The notes under the pieces: model-generated | Told to the model about the DNA's origin: nothing | Seen by the model: the letters and a program-made list of their open reading frames with translations, nothing else | Database searches by the model: none | NCBI GenBank assembly: GCA_902624275.1 | Contig: CACNWW010000001.1 | Span: 202,601-266,600 of the forward strand | Length of the DNA: 64,000 nucleotides | DNA from: an uncultured Fidelibacterota bacterium | GTDB taxonomy: Bacteria > Fidelibacterota > Marinisomatia > Marinisomatales > Marinisomataceae | Direction: 5' to 3' | In this document: one piece after another, positions 1 to 9,815 of the stretch | Layout of the letters: each line of letters opens with the position of its first letter | Position numbering within the stretch: the stretch's first letter is position 1 | Position numbers and translations under genes: made by a program

Positions 1-2
1 TA

Positions 3-356
3 GAAACCCTAAATGGCTTTAAAACTAGAAAAGCTAAAATCATTGTTAATGATGAAGAAAAATCAGACCTATTTATCTGGTTTTCTGAAACAACTTTAAA
101 GTCCAAGACAGAATTAATAATTAATAAAAGATTAAAAGAGATGTTTGATGGATTAATACCTCCAAATTTGGGTATGAATGCAATGGATATACCTTATGCT
201 GAATACGATATTAATACCAATGCATTAACAATCAAGTTTGAAGTAGTAAGTGAAAATGGAACATTTACTTACAACTTACTAGGCTACTCTGAGCAGGACT
301 TATTACCAGAGATATTTAAAGTCTCTGAGAAATATAGAAAAGTTAAAAAACTATAG
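3..356 (+). CDS. hypothetical protein, C-terminal fragment (frame open to left window edge)
   Basis: Frame 3 is open from nt 3 to TAG at 354-356. The ORF track shows only the part after the internal Met at 141. No motif recognised. Confidence 0.4.
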   Translation, partial: ETLNGFKTRKAKIIVNDEEKSDLFIWFSETTLKSKTELIINKRLKEMFDGLIPPNLGMNAMDIPYAEYDINTNALTIKFEVVSENGTFTYNLLGYSEQDLLPEIFKVSEKYRKVKKL

Positions 357-1091
357 CTTGTCTAAGTAGCTTTTCATCCCTTGATATGCTCTTTCTTCTC
401 GCTTAAATGGCCTATCTAGAGTTACTCCCAATTTGAATAATTTAATCGCCTCTTGTTCTTTATTAAGCTTTAAATAAGTTTTTCCAAGCCAGTAATAAGT
501 ACCAATATAATCAGAATTTATCTCTAAGCTTTTTTCAAAAAAATACTGTGCTTCTTGAAAAGAACCCTTTGGAGGTTCTGAAAATAAAATTGAAGCTATT
601 CTTCTTGATGCCCTTCCTAAATCTGCCAATTTGTAGTGCCACTGTCCCATAATACTATAACAAAACTCATCATCAGGTAAAAGATTGATAACTTTTAAAG
701 CAATATTTTTGATATTTTTTGACTGTTCAATTTGATTACGAATAGTATCTTCTTCAACTGTTTTTCCTAAGGTAATAACATACCATTTTAGTATATCAGG
801 ATTATCAGGCTCAATGTTAAATGCTTTTAGAGCATACTCAAATGCTTTTAAAGCATTGTCCTTATCTAAGTTTTTTTTCATTGCTGACTCAGATAAGTAA
901 TGATGAGTAATCGACAATCTCAAAAGAACATCAGTATTTTGAGGATATTGATTATAAAGTTGCTCAAGAGGTGCTTGAGCTTTATCAAAATCGAGATTAG
1001 TAAGCTTGATATCAATATCTTTGAAATCTTGACCAGCAATTATTGAAGATAAAATGATTCCTACAAGATGATTTTTCAAAGAAAAAATCAA
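351..1091 (-). CDS. secreted TPR-like helical-repeat protein
   Basis: 246 aa. Signal peptide ...SSIIAG|QDF. TPR-like segments (YYWLGKTYLKLNKEQEAIKLFK). 4-nt overlap with the upstream EEP gene. Confidence 0.5.
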   Translation of the reverse strand: MIFSLKNHLVGIILSSIIAGQDFKDIDIKLTNLDFDKAQAPLEQLYNQYPQNTDVLLRLSITHHYLSESAMKKNLDKDNALKAFEYALKAFNIEPDNPDILKWYVITLGKTVEEDTIRNQIEQSKNIKNIALKVINLLPDDEFCYSIMGQWHYKLADLGRASRRIASILFSEPPKGSFQEAQYFFEKSLEINSDYIGTYYWLGKTYLKLNKEQEAIKLFKLGVTLDRPFKREERAYQGMKSYLDKL

Positions 1092-2116
1092 GGATAAAAT
1101 CTATAGATTACTGGCTGATGATCTGATATTCTATTTGACACATTGGTATTGGATGCGCCTGTTTGAGCTGGTAAAGCAATTACTTCTACCGATGATGTTG
1201 CTTGATATGAAAACAAAGGCTCATTAATAATAATATGATCTAAATGAGATGCACCATAGGAACTTGTCCAACCTTGCCAAGAATAGCCACTAGCAGGCCC
1301 TTGAAGAATATTTAAATCTGTTAATCTAAAAGAATCAGCAGAATCAAAAGATTCAGAATCAGTAAAGGGACTTAAAGTTGGATTAGTTATACTTTGAGCA
1401 CCAACATTATTAAAATCTCCAACCAATATCACATTATCATTTTCTCTATTATTTATTAAATAATCAGTTAAAAGAAGGCTTGCATGATGTCTTCTGGTTG
1501 CTTCATTGGTTAAATTAGAAGCATCGTAATTATCATTTCCACAACACTTATAATGAACATTTATTACATAAAGATTCATTGATTTAGTACCGTCGGTCCA
1601 AGTTATATAGCTTTCCATTGGAGGTCTGCTTGCGAATTGATATAATTTGCAATTTTGGTAATCACCATTACATGAACTTGATGAATTTGGAGTATTAGCC
1701 CATAATTCATTTTTTGATACGTATGTAATATTTTCATTCTTATAGACAAGAGCAAAACCAAGATTGCCTGACTCTTCATCCACAACATATGAATAATCTG
1801 ACATTGAATTAACCATACTTATTAACTCAGATTCACTGGAAATTTCTTGCAGTAAATAAACATCAGCATTCCATTTTTCTAGTAAAGATTTAACCTGTTC
1901 TTTGGTAGAACTATGCTGAGGAAATTGTCTGATATTCCAAGTAACTACCTCAATCTGATTTGCAACATTATAATTTATTGCATTCGGAAATTCATAAAGA
2001 TTTGCATTATCTCCTCCGCCATTATCATCTTCTGAATCTGTTGGAGAGCTTCCTCCACCGGAACATGCTAGAATAAAAATAATTAGTAATAAATATTTAT
2101 TGAATGACTTAATCAT
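1088..2116 (-). CDS. endonuclease/exonuclease/phosphatase (EEP) family lipoprotein
   Basis: 342 aa. Lipobox ILAC followed by a Gly/Ser tether. EEP motifs VVTWNIRQF, YLLQE, ILVGDFNN and C-terminal SDHQPV. Confidence 0.7.
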   Translation of the reverse strand: MIKSFNKYLLLIIFILACSGGGSSPTDSEDDNGGGDNANLYEFPNAINYNVANQIEVVTWNIRQFPQHSSTKEQVKSLLEKWNADVYLLQEISSESELISMVNSMSDYSYVVDEESGNLGFALVYKNENITYVSKNELWANTPNSSSSCNGDYQNCKLYQFASRPPMESYITWTDGTKSMNLYVINVHYKCCGNDNYDASNLTNEATRRHHASLLLTDYLINNRENDNVILVGDFNNVGAQSITNPTLSPFTDSESFDSADSFRLTDLNILQGPASGYSWQGWTSSYGASHLDHIIINEPLFSYQATSSVEVIALPAQTGASNTNVSNRISDHQPVIYRFYP

Positions 2117-3011
2117 AGATGTAATTTAATAATAAAGTTCCAACTTGTTGCAAGCTTTGTGGTGAACAATTCTCAACAACATCATTTTGAGTATGCCAGT
2201 AATTATAGAAAAGGTTAGGATAATCAAAATCTATAATATCAATTGCAGGTATTTGAGCATTTTCCCAAAGAGGAACATGATCATCATAAATCTCATAACC
2301 CAACGTATAGTTAAAAGCTTCTAAATCGAGTTCTTCAGCTAAACTCCAAAGTTCTTTAACTAAATCTGGATTGATTTTATAAGAAAATCTCTCTATTGGT
2401 ATTTTTAAGTTTTTATCTCCAACCATATCGACAATTATAGCATTTTGAGGCTTTTTGATAGGAAGATTTTTTGAAAAATACTCAGAACCCATCGCAAATG
2501 TTGTTGGTTGACCAGAAATACCAACATCTTCGGCATCAAAAAATACTAAATCAATACCAATTGGAGGAGGATTATCACTAAATACTAAAGCTAGTTCCAT
2601 TAATACAGCAGTACCGCTTGCGCCATCGTTAGCACCTAAAACCGGCAGTTCTCTTTTATCTAATTCAGACTCTTCATCAGAAATTGACCTAGTATCCCAA
2701 TGAGCACCGATTAATAATCGCTCATTTGATTCTTTATTAAACTGAATAATAAAATTTTTTCCATTTTGCATTTTTGAAGTAATATGCTCTTTATAGTTAA
2801 AATTCTGCACAATTATTTCATTATCAATCTCATTCAAGAATTCTTCTAAATATTTTGAAAATTGTTGATGACCAATAGATCCAGGATTTCGAGGTCCAAA
2901 TTCACATTGTTTTAATAAAAATTCATATGAATGCTTCCCATCAAACTCAGGAATATCATTTTTTTCACAACTGTTAATAAAAAATATAAAGATTAAGATT
3001 AAGATTCTCAT
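2109..3011 (-). CDS. M28-family zinc enzyme, glutaminyl-peptide cyclotransferase-like lipoprotein
   Basis: 300 aa. Lipobox INSC. M28 metal-site motifs GAHWDTR, NDGASGTAVLMELA, FFDAEDVG, WHTQND. N-terminal CEFGPRNPGS motif resembles Bacteroidetes type-II glutaminyl cyclases (from memory). Confidence 0.55.
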   Translation of the reverse strand: MRILILIFIFFINSCEKNDIPEFDGKHSYEFLLKQCEFGPRNPGSIGHQQFSKYLEEFLNEIDNEIIVQNFNYKEHITSKMQNGKNFIIQFNKESNERLLIGAHWDTRSISDEESELDKRELPVLGANDGASGTAVLMELALVFSDNPPPIGIDLVFFDAEDVGISGQPTTFAMGSEYFSKNLPIKKPQNAIIVDMVGDKNLKIPIERFSYKINPDLVKELWSLAEELDLEAFNYTLGYEIYDDHVPLWENAQIPAIDIIDFDYPNLFYNYWHTQNDVVENCSPQSLQQVGTLLLNYIYD

Positions 3012-3020
3012 TTGCTACCT

Positions 3021-6000
3021 TTATCTAATTGAAATATTAAGAGTCAATCCAAAATCTCTATCAACTCTTTTACCTGTTAATCTTGTCTCGTTAGTTCGAT
3101 ATTCATAAAACATTCCTGCAGTAACATCTTCAGTTAAAACATATGTTAAACGAATAACTCCTTTTCTAGTTTTTGTATAATTTTGTTCCACAAAATTAAT
3201 TTTATCCTTAGATCCTTTTTCTGAACTATTATTAAAATCAAAATTGAAATTAATATTAAAGTCATTATTCAAGTAAACATTTCGATCAGAAAATGGTAAA
3301 GAAATCCTTAAACCCCTTGCAAAACTATAAGATAGACTTCCCAGCAAACTATTCTTTTTAACTGAAGTCATTCCAAAAGGTACCTCTCTTAAACTTAATA
3401 CTGTATTTGCTCTAAAATTAGTTGATATACCGTTTCGAAATGAAGTTGTTAAGCCTATAATTGGAGATAATGAACTGGTAAGATTTGAAAATTGCAATGA
3501 ATCTCCGAATTCATCTTTGAAATCCTCAACCTTCATTAAACTAATGCCTCTTATACCACTATCATTGAATTTCCAGGATAAGTTTTGCTTTCCTGTATAT
3601 GCATGCTCAAGACTCATAGATTGAACATAAGGATTTATAAAAGCTATATTTTCTAAACCGCTAATCCTTAAAGACCAATTAATAAATGGCAAACCTTTTG
3701 AAAGATTTTTACCATAGGACAAATAATCTGTTGATGAAGATCTCGTATCAATATTAAATCCATTAATATTTGATGAAATATTTTGATTAAAAGAAAAACT
3801 TAGAGATGTTCTTTGGTCTATCCTAACTCCAGTTCCAAATGATAAATTTTTCTTTTGATCATCAAAACCAGTATTAAATCCTACCTCTGAAACTGGCTCA
3901 ATACCCAAATTATCTTCTAATCCTAATCTGTAGGATAATGGTATTTCTCCGTTAATACCATTTGAAATAATATTACTTAAATTTGAAAAATTAATATTTA
4001 TTGTGTCAATTTTTTTTGATTGATCGTAAAGTTTCTTTAAGAAAGATTTATTATTATTTCTTGAATCTTCATTTATTAAAGTGAAGTTTGAACGAGATCT
4101 TGTGCGTGGATTTTTTTCACCTTTACTATATTCGTCGTAAAATATTGATACAATTTCTTGGGGACTTATTGATAAACTTAAAGAAATATTTTTATTTAAA
4201 TTTAAATTAGCTGCATCAATAATATTATCCCGAGGTTTATTCCATCTAAAATTAGATGAGTAACTAAATCTTGGATTAATAATTTTTATCCAATCAGGAT
4301 TAAAGCGATATACAAAAGACTCTAGTGATTGTGTCTTTAATCCTATAGTTAAATCATTAAAACTATCATCTGGCTTAGCACTAAAAATGGTCTTATCATA
4401 AGCAAATTCTGTATCGTTAAAAAGCTTATAATCAATACTGAAATTTCTTTGGACATCAAAGTTCTCTTCTTTAATTAGTTCTGTATTTGATCTAGAATCT
4501 CTGGTTGTTGAGACTTTATTAATTTTAATTCCAGTTGAAAAATTTGATGGGGAGTAGTATAATTTTTTACTGCTAATCTCTTTTCCAATTAAAGGAAAAT
4601 TCTTCATCCATTTAAATGCATTTATATAGTTACCACTAGGAAATCTCAAATTGTAATCAATGTTTGAATTTATATTTTTTAGGTCTACTGATTTCATTAT
4701 TGTATCTGATCTTTGTTGATCAGAAATGCTAAATCCAGCACTTAAATTATCTATTGTATATTTTAATAGTGCTTTTTCAGATTTAATTTTCTTTGAAATT
4801 CTTCCTGAAACGTTTACAACAGAAGATTGCACTAAAACAGAATCTGGTGCTGAATTTCCTAATCTTATATCTGTTCCTGGTACAAATTTTGGAGTATTTT
4901 TATTTGAATTATAACTAATGTTTACAGGAAAAATAATGCCAAAATTTTCTGGTAACAACTGACCAACATTAAAATTGTTTGTATATGACAAGGTTTCAAT
5001 AGAGTTATTCGTACCAACCCTCTCTTGCAAAACATGGAAATCTGCATCTTTTTTGCTATAATTAATTGAACTTGAACTAAAATCAGATAAGTTGAATTTT
5101 GATTTTATTCTTACAGCAGAACCAGATTCTTTTTTAACTCCACTAAGTCTTAATTCGTCAGCCCATATTTCTCCTGATATAGGATAATTGGCTGAATTCT
5201 CAATACCGATAATAAAATATTGCAATCTCGAAAGTGAAGGATTACCAACAATTTCGACACTTTTGTAATTATGGTTATCATCAGATATAAATTCATAATT
5301 AATAGATTCACTTGTTTTGGAAAAAATATCATTTGGATTAATTAAATTAATTGAAGTGTCATCATGTGTCTTAAGACTGGATAACCAATTTAAATCTAAA
5401 TTTATTTCATTTCTTTTTCTTTCTTCATCCCACCCAGAATAAATTGGTTTTGTAAGTTTATAATATTCTTGACCATTCCCAAATTTGATAAAAATCTTTA
5501 CATCGGTTTGCTCAGTTGAAGAATATTCACTATTTCCATATACAAACATTTTCATTTTATCGTACATCAAGAAGCTTTGGCCTATATCTTCATTAAATGA
5601 AAGTATTTTTTTTGCTGCAGCTTTATAATTTGAGAGCAAATTATCAAATTTTAATACAATAGATTGCTCTTTTGATCTAATTTGGTTAATCCTATCATAT
5701 TCACCAACAACGCCCTTTGGAGGAACATAATTTGGGTTATCTTCATCATTAATAACTGAAACTAGAAATGTGCTATCCTGTGTTGTATATATGTCTTCTG
5801 ATTGTAATGAAACTCCAAGCTCTTGCCAATTGTTTCCTACCAACTCAATTTTTGCAATTTCTAAAGTTGATTCCTGTTCTACTCCCGAAACTACCAATCT
5901 AACATATTTTATTTCACTCAATGAAATATCATTAATTTTTTCAAAATGACTAATTGGAATTCTAATCAGTTTCCATCCTGTTTTGATACCATTTATTTCT

Positions 6001-9000
6001 GTTGAACCAGCAACATATGTATCATCACTTAAAGAAACAGTTTTTGAAAAATAATTATTTGCTCGATCAAGATATCCCGACTTATCTAGATCTTCTGAAT
6101 CAGGATATTTACCACCAATTTGAATTCTATCCCCAGTACCATTACCTTCAGTACCGTTAACCTTTGTATAATCATCAGATCCTTCAAAATAATTCCAATT
6201 ATCATTGTTTGGATCATTAATATCAACATCAATTGAATTATTTATTAATATTGATTCACCAGATTCAAGATATTGATCAAAAGTAGGTCCGAGAGGATCT
6301 AAACAACCTCCAAAACCATTTTCATAAATATCGAAACAACCGTCTAAACCTGTATCTTCACTCTCTTCAAGAAAACCATTTCCAAGCGCCAGTCCTGCAT
6401 CAGGAATATCTTCAGTATTTAAAAGTCCATTTCCATTATAATCCTCGCTGATTTTTCCTAAATCAATTGTAAGATCACCACTATCTCCTCTTACCCATAT
6501 TTCAAAAAACCTACTTCTAGTTTGATCATAATCTCCAATGAACATTGGTGAGGTTATCCCAGCCCATAGCGAATCTGAAGGAACAGAAGATTGATAATCA
6601 TGAGGAGAATATTTTAAAACTAAAATATCTGTTGTTAAATTTTGAGCTCTTTGTGAAGTAGAAACATTAGGCCAAATACTATTTGTTAAAACTTGTGAAT
6701 AGGGATTATACCAGTACATTTTCATCCTATGATTTTGATTATAATCATCAAATGAATTACTATGCAACGGTGCAGATGAAATATTCCAAAATCTTCGTAA
6801 AATTGAGGGATTGGTTACTCTTTTTGAGCCCTCAAAATCATCAATAAATGCAACACCATTTTTATCATCAGTTTTTGAGTTTGATATTGAATTTGGATTT
6901 GGAAGTACCTTTGCTATCTCACCTTCAACAGAAAAATTAGAGATTTTGTTGCTGTTGACAAAGTTTAAATCATTAAATCTCTCTGATAAGTTTTCAAAAT
7001 CTACTTCATATCTACCATTGATATCCCAAATGAAATTTCTTATTGGTTCATACCCAACTTCAACTTTTTTATTGGCAATTGATTGATCATAATATAACGC
7101 TGTAAAACCAAGGAATGATTTTTCATTAAAATCAATTTGTGCACGAGAACCTGCCATAATTTTTCTATCAAAAGTTACTAGGTCATGCTTATCATAAGTT
7201 ACTCGTAAATTATCATTTGGATTAATGTTTTCTGATAAAGTAATAGTGCCAGAAAAGTAATTTATTTGATAGTCTCGTCCCTTTACAAGTTTATTCCCAT
7301 TTGAATAAATCTCTTCGCTCCCTTCAACCAAAGTAAATCCTAGGTTAATAGATTTTTTTGGACTGGAATAATTTACGAAGATGGAAAATCTTGAATCACC
7401 AGTATATTCAGATAATATTGTCGAAGAATACATTAAACCTTGCTGTAATAATGGTTGGAGAGATTCGTTATTATTACCTCCGCTAATATCATTTGAAGAT
7501 ACAAATGGTAATAAAGTTGGTAAAAGTATCTCACCTGATTGTAAATCGATTATATTTGGATTATTATAGTCAATTAATTCATCTGGAGAGCTTTCACCAT
7601 TTTGATTTAGATTATCTAAACCAAAAAGATTTAAAAAAGTTGTTCCATTACTTGATCGATCACTTTTTGGGGTTGAAAAATTATCAACAATTCTTACTTC
7701 TAAATTTGATGTATCTAAATTAGATGATCCAATGGAGTATACATTTTTAAACATTAAATCCCAAGTAGGATGACTAGGGTGTGGAGACTGAGCTTTAATC
7801 ATTTTAAGCTCTAAGGTATTTTGATCTAAACTAATATTTTTACCGATGTTTAAAATAGTTTCTCCAGTCTCTCTATTTATCAAATCAAAATGAGCAGCAA
7901 TAATTTCATTTTGGAGAATTTTTTTCATTTTTATAAATCCAAGATCTTCATTAATTATGTAATCCGTTCCACGTTCCAACTTTAAAAAATTTCCCTCTTT
8001 ACTTTCATCTGATTCTTCATTTTTATCAAGAGGGTTTATGTAAGCAGTACCTGGGTCTGCTTCTGGATTATTTGATGCATCAATTTTATATAATTCAAAG
8101 TTTTTTATTGAAATATTTCCTATGGGATGTAAGCCATCTACCAATGGATAAAATGAGGGTACATTTAGTTGGAAGCCATTATCTTGAAGTATATCATTTG
8201 AACCATTACGAAACCATTCATGCACAAAAAAGTATAAATTTTTCTTATAGTTATAATCCTTTATTTCTATTGAGTTTAATTCAGAACTACCTTTATATAA
8301 TTGTGATTCCTTTTCAGTTTTTTCAATGGAAGCAATTGATGTTATGTTAAGAGGACCTAACTGAGAAAGCGCTTTTACTCCAAAAAGACCATTATTTGTA
8401 CCAGAAAAAGTTACAAACTCTGTTGAGGGTAATGATAAAGATATGTTTCCTACTTCTAAGCGTTTAAGGATATCATCTTCATCGCCGTTATATTCTAGTC
8501 TAATAGTATTTTCCCAATCGAAATCTCTTTCAGAATTCTGATCCAAAGAAACTGTGATTCTTTCTCCAACACTTCCCTGAACGCTAAGTTGTTGCTTTTG
8601 ATCAAATTTGAAATTGGTTTTTTCTTGCTCCTTATAAGAAGATCGAACTAATTCTTGATCTTGATTTACTAACTTTGCAGAGAGGTTTATATTCCCAGAT
8701 ATTTGTAAAGACGCTTGTCCTAACGCACCTAAATCTATTGATGCAACTTGTAAATATTTATCATCGTTGTTTTTTGAAATATCATACTGCAGCTTAAATG
8801 CATTTGCAATGTTATACTTTTGATTTTTAATCAGTAAGTCATTTAAATAATTTTCAAAAGTATTTGTGTATGGAATGGAACGAAAACCTGTCCCTAATTC
8901 TTGATAAATTTTAATCAATGTAAAAGACTGATCAATAATTACAACATTTGTATTTAAATCTAAATCAAAGATACCTATTGGGTAATTGGAAATATCATTT

Positions 9001-9113
9001 AATGAAAAATTGATATTTTTCTTTTTAGCAAATGGATCAATGAAATAATTATCAAAATTACCAGCAAGTAATAAAGAATTGAAAAAAAGAATTATATATA
9101 GAAAAATTCTCAT
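3021..9113 (-). CDS. sprA: SprA-like type IX secretion system outer-membrane translocon
   Basis: 2030 aa with a signal peptide. The segment DFDWENTIRLEYNGDEDDILKRLEVGNISLSLP...NNGLFGVKALSQLGPLNITS and the IDDFEG motif match my recollection of the SprA family (TIGR04189). Strand-rich C-terminus ends in ...LTLNISIR. Confidence 0.7.
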   Translation of the reverse strand: MRIFLYIILFFNSLLLAGNFDNYFIDPFAKKKNINFSLNDISNYPIGIFDLDLNTNVVIIDQSFTLIKIYQELGTGFRSIPYTNTFENYLNDLLIKNQKYNIANAFKLQYDISKNNDDKYLQVASIDLGALGQASLQISGNINLSAKLVNQDQELVRSSYKEQEKTNFKFDQKQQLSVQGSVGERITVSLDQNSERDFDWENTIRLEYNGDEDDILKRLEVGNISLSLPSTEFVTFSGTNNGLFGVKALSQLGPLNITSIASIEKTEKESQLYKGSSELNSIEIKDYNYKKNLYFFVHEWFRNGSNDILQDNGFQLNVPSFYPLVDGLHPIGNISIKNFELYKIDASNNPEADPGTAYINPLDKNEESDESKEGNFLKLERGTDYIINEDLGFIKMKKILQNEIIAAHFDLINRETGETILNIGKNISLDQNTLELKMIKAQSPHPSHPTWDLMFKNVYSIGSSNLDTSNLEVRIVDNFSTPKSDRSSNGTTFLNLFGLDNLNQNGESSPDELIDYNNPNIIDLQSGEILLPTLLPFVSSNDISGGNNNESLQPLLQQGLMYSSTILSEYTGDSRFSIFVNYSSPKKSINLGFTLVEGSEEIYSNGNKLVKGRDYQINYFSGTITLSENINPNDNLRVTYDKHDLVTFDRKIMAGSRAQIDFNEKSFLGFTALYYDQSIANKKVEVGYEPIRNFIWDINGRYEVDFENLSERFNDLNFVNSNKISNFSVEGEIAKVLPNPNSISNSKTDDKNGVAFIDDFEGSKRVTNPSILRRFWNISSAPLHSNSFDDYNQNHRMKMYWYNPYSQVLTNSIWPNVSTSQRAQNLTTDILVLKYSPHDYQSSVPSDSLWAGITSPMFIGDYDQTRSRFFEIWVRGDSGDLTIDLGKISEDYNGNGLLNTEDIPDAGLALGNGFLEESEDTGLDGCFDIYENGFGGCLDPLGPTFDQYLESGESILINNSIDVDINDPNNDNWNYFEGSDDYTKVNGTEGNGTGDRIQIGGKYPDSEDLDKSGYLDRANNYFSKTVSLSDDTYVAGSTEINGIKTGWKLIRIPISHFEKINDISLSEIKYVRLVVSGVEQESTLEIAKIELVGNNWQELGVSLQSEDIYTTQDSTFLVSVINDEDNPNYVPPKGVVGEYDRINQIRSKEQSIVLKFDNLLSNYKAAAKKILSFNEDIGQSFLMYDKMKMFVYGNSEYSSTEQTDVKIFIKFGNGQEYYKLTKPIYSGWDEERKRNEINLDLNWLSSLKTHDDTSINLINPNDIFSKTSESINYEFISDDNHNYKSVEIVGNPSLSRLQYFIIGIENSANYPISGEIWADELRLSGVKKESGSAVRIKSKFNLSDFSSSSINYSKKDADFHVLQERVGTNNSIETLSYTNNFNVGQLLPENFGIIFPVNISYNSNKNTPKFVPGTDIRLGNSAPDSVLVQSSVVNVSGRISKKIKSEKALLKYTIDNLSAGFSISDQQRSDTIMKSVDLKNINSNIDYNLRFPSGNYINAFKWMKNFPLIGKEISSKKLYYSPSNFSTGIKINKVSTTRDSRSNTELIKEENFDVQRNFSIDYKLFNDTEFAYDKTIFSAKPDDSFNDLTIGLKTQSLESFVYRFNPDWIKIINPRFSYSSNFRWNKPRDNIIDAANLNLNKNISLSLSISPQEIVSIFYDEYSKGEKNPRTRSRSNFTLINEDSRNNNKSFLKKLYDQSKKIDTININFSNLSNIISNGINGEIPLSYRLGLEDNLGIEPVSEVGFNTGFDDQKKNLSFGTGVRIDQRTSLSFSFNQNISSNINGFNIDTRSSSTDYLSYGKNLSKGLPFINWSLRISGLENIAFINPYVQSMSLEHAYTGKQNLSWKFNDSGIRGISLMKVEDFKDEFGDSLQFSNLTSSLSPIIGLTTSFRNGISTNFRANTVLSLREVPFGMTSVKKNSLLGSLSYSFARGLRISLPFSDRNVYLNNDFNINFNFDFNNSSEKGSKDKINFVEQNYTKTRKGVIRLTYVLTEDVTAGMFYEYRTNETRLTGKRVDRDFGLTLNISIR

Positions 9114-9703
9114 GGATTTAATTCGCTAATTTTTTTGATAAATTTTTGAATTGCTATACCGCGGTGGCTAACTTGATTTTTGACATCTGAATCCATTTCA
9201 GCGAGTGACAAATCAAATTCTGTAGAATAAAATATAGGATCATATCCAAATCCATTATTACCCACTTTAGACTTTAAAATTTTTCCTTCAATAACACCCT
9301 CAACATAAAAGTCATTAATACCATCAACAAATGAAATTATTGTACGAAATCTAGCAGTTCGTAAGTCGTCATCTATACCATCTAATTTTTGTAAAAGTTT
9401 TGCCATATTATCCTCATAAGAGGCATTTTCACCAGCATAACGAGCAGTAAATAGTCCCGGTTCTCCATTTAACTTATCTACTTCTAGAATTGTGTCATCT
9501 GCAATAGATGCAATATTTGTATGATGAAATGCAGTCCTTGATTTAATAAATGAATTTTCTTCAATAGTTTTACCGTTTTCTATTATTTCTCCAATTTCAG
9601 GGAAATCTTTTAAAGATAATACCTCATCATAAAATTTTTGAATCTTAATAGATATTTCTGATACTTTGTATTTGTTCGAAGATGCAATAACAATTTTTTT
9701 CAT
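9110..9703 (-). CDS. rdgB: dITP/XTP pyrophosphatase (RdgB/HAM1 family)
   Basis: 197 aa. HAM1 motifs IASSNKYKVSE, FGYDPIF, SHRG. Its stop overlaps the sprA start by 4 nt. Confidence 0.85.
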   Translation of the reverse strand: MKKIVIASSNKYKVSEISIKIQKFYDEVLSLKDFPEIGEIIENGKTIEENSFIKSRTAFHHTNIASIADDTILEVDKLNGEPGLFTARYAGENASYEDNMAKLLQKLDGIDDDLRTARFRTIISFVDGINDFYVEGVIEGKILKSKVGNNGFGYDPIFYSTEFDLSLAEMDSDVKNQVSHRGIAIQKFIKKISELNP

Positions 9704-9815
9704 TTGATAAACTAAGAAATATTTATGTGTTTATTAAATAACTAATATTGATTGCCTTTTCTGATATTTTATGGTTCTGTTGCTAAGTTGGTAGATTTTT
9801 AGTTATGGAAGAAGC

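Noticed and set aside
4726-8350. Several 60-92-aa ORFs inside and antisense to sprA (4726-4914, 5150-5332, 6811-7086, 7381-7723, 8072-8350), plus 1603-1788 inside the EEP gene.
   Set aside because: They are embedded in a continuous 6.1-kb reading frame with family-specific motifs. Their translations are low-complexity with no signals. They are spurious.
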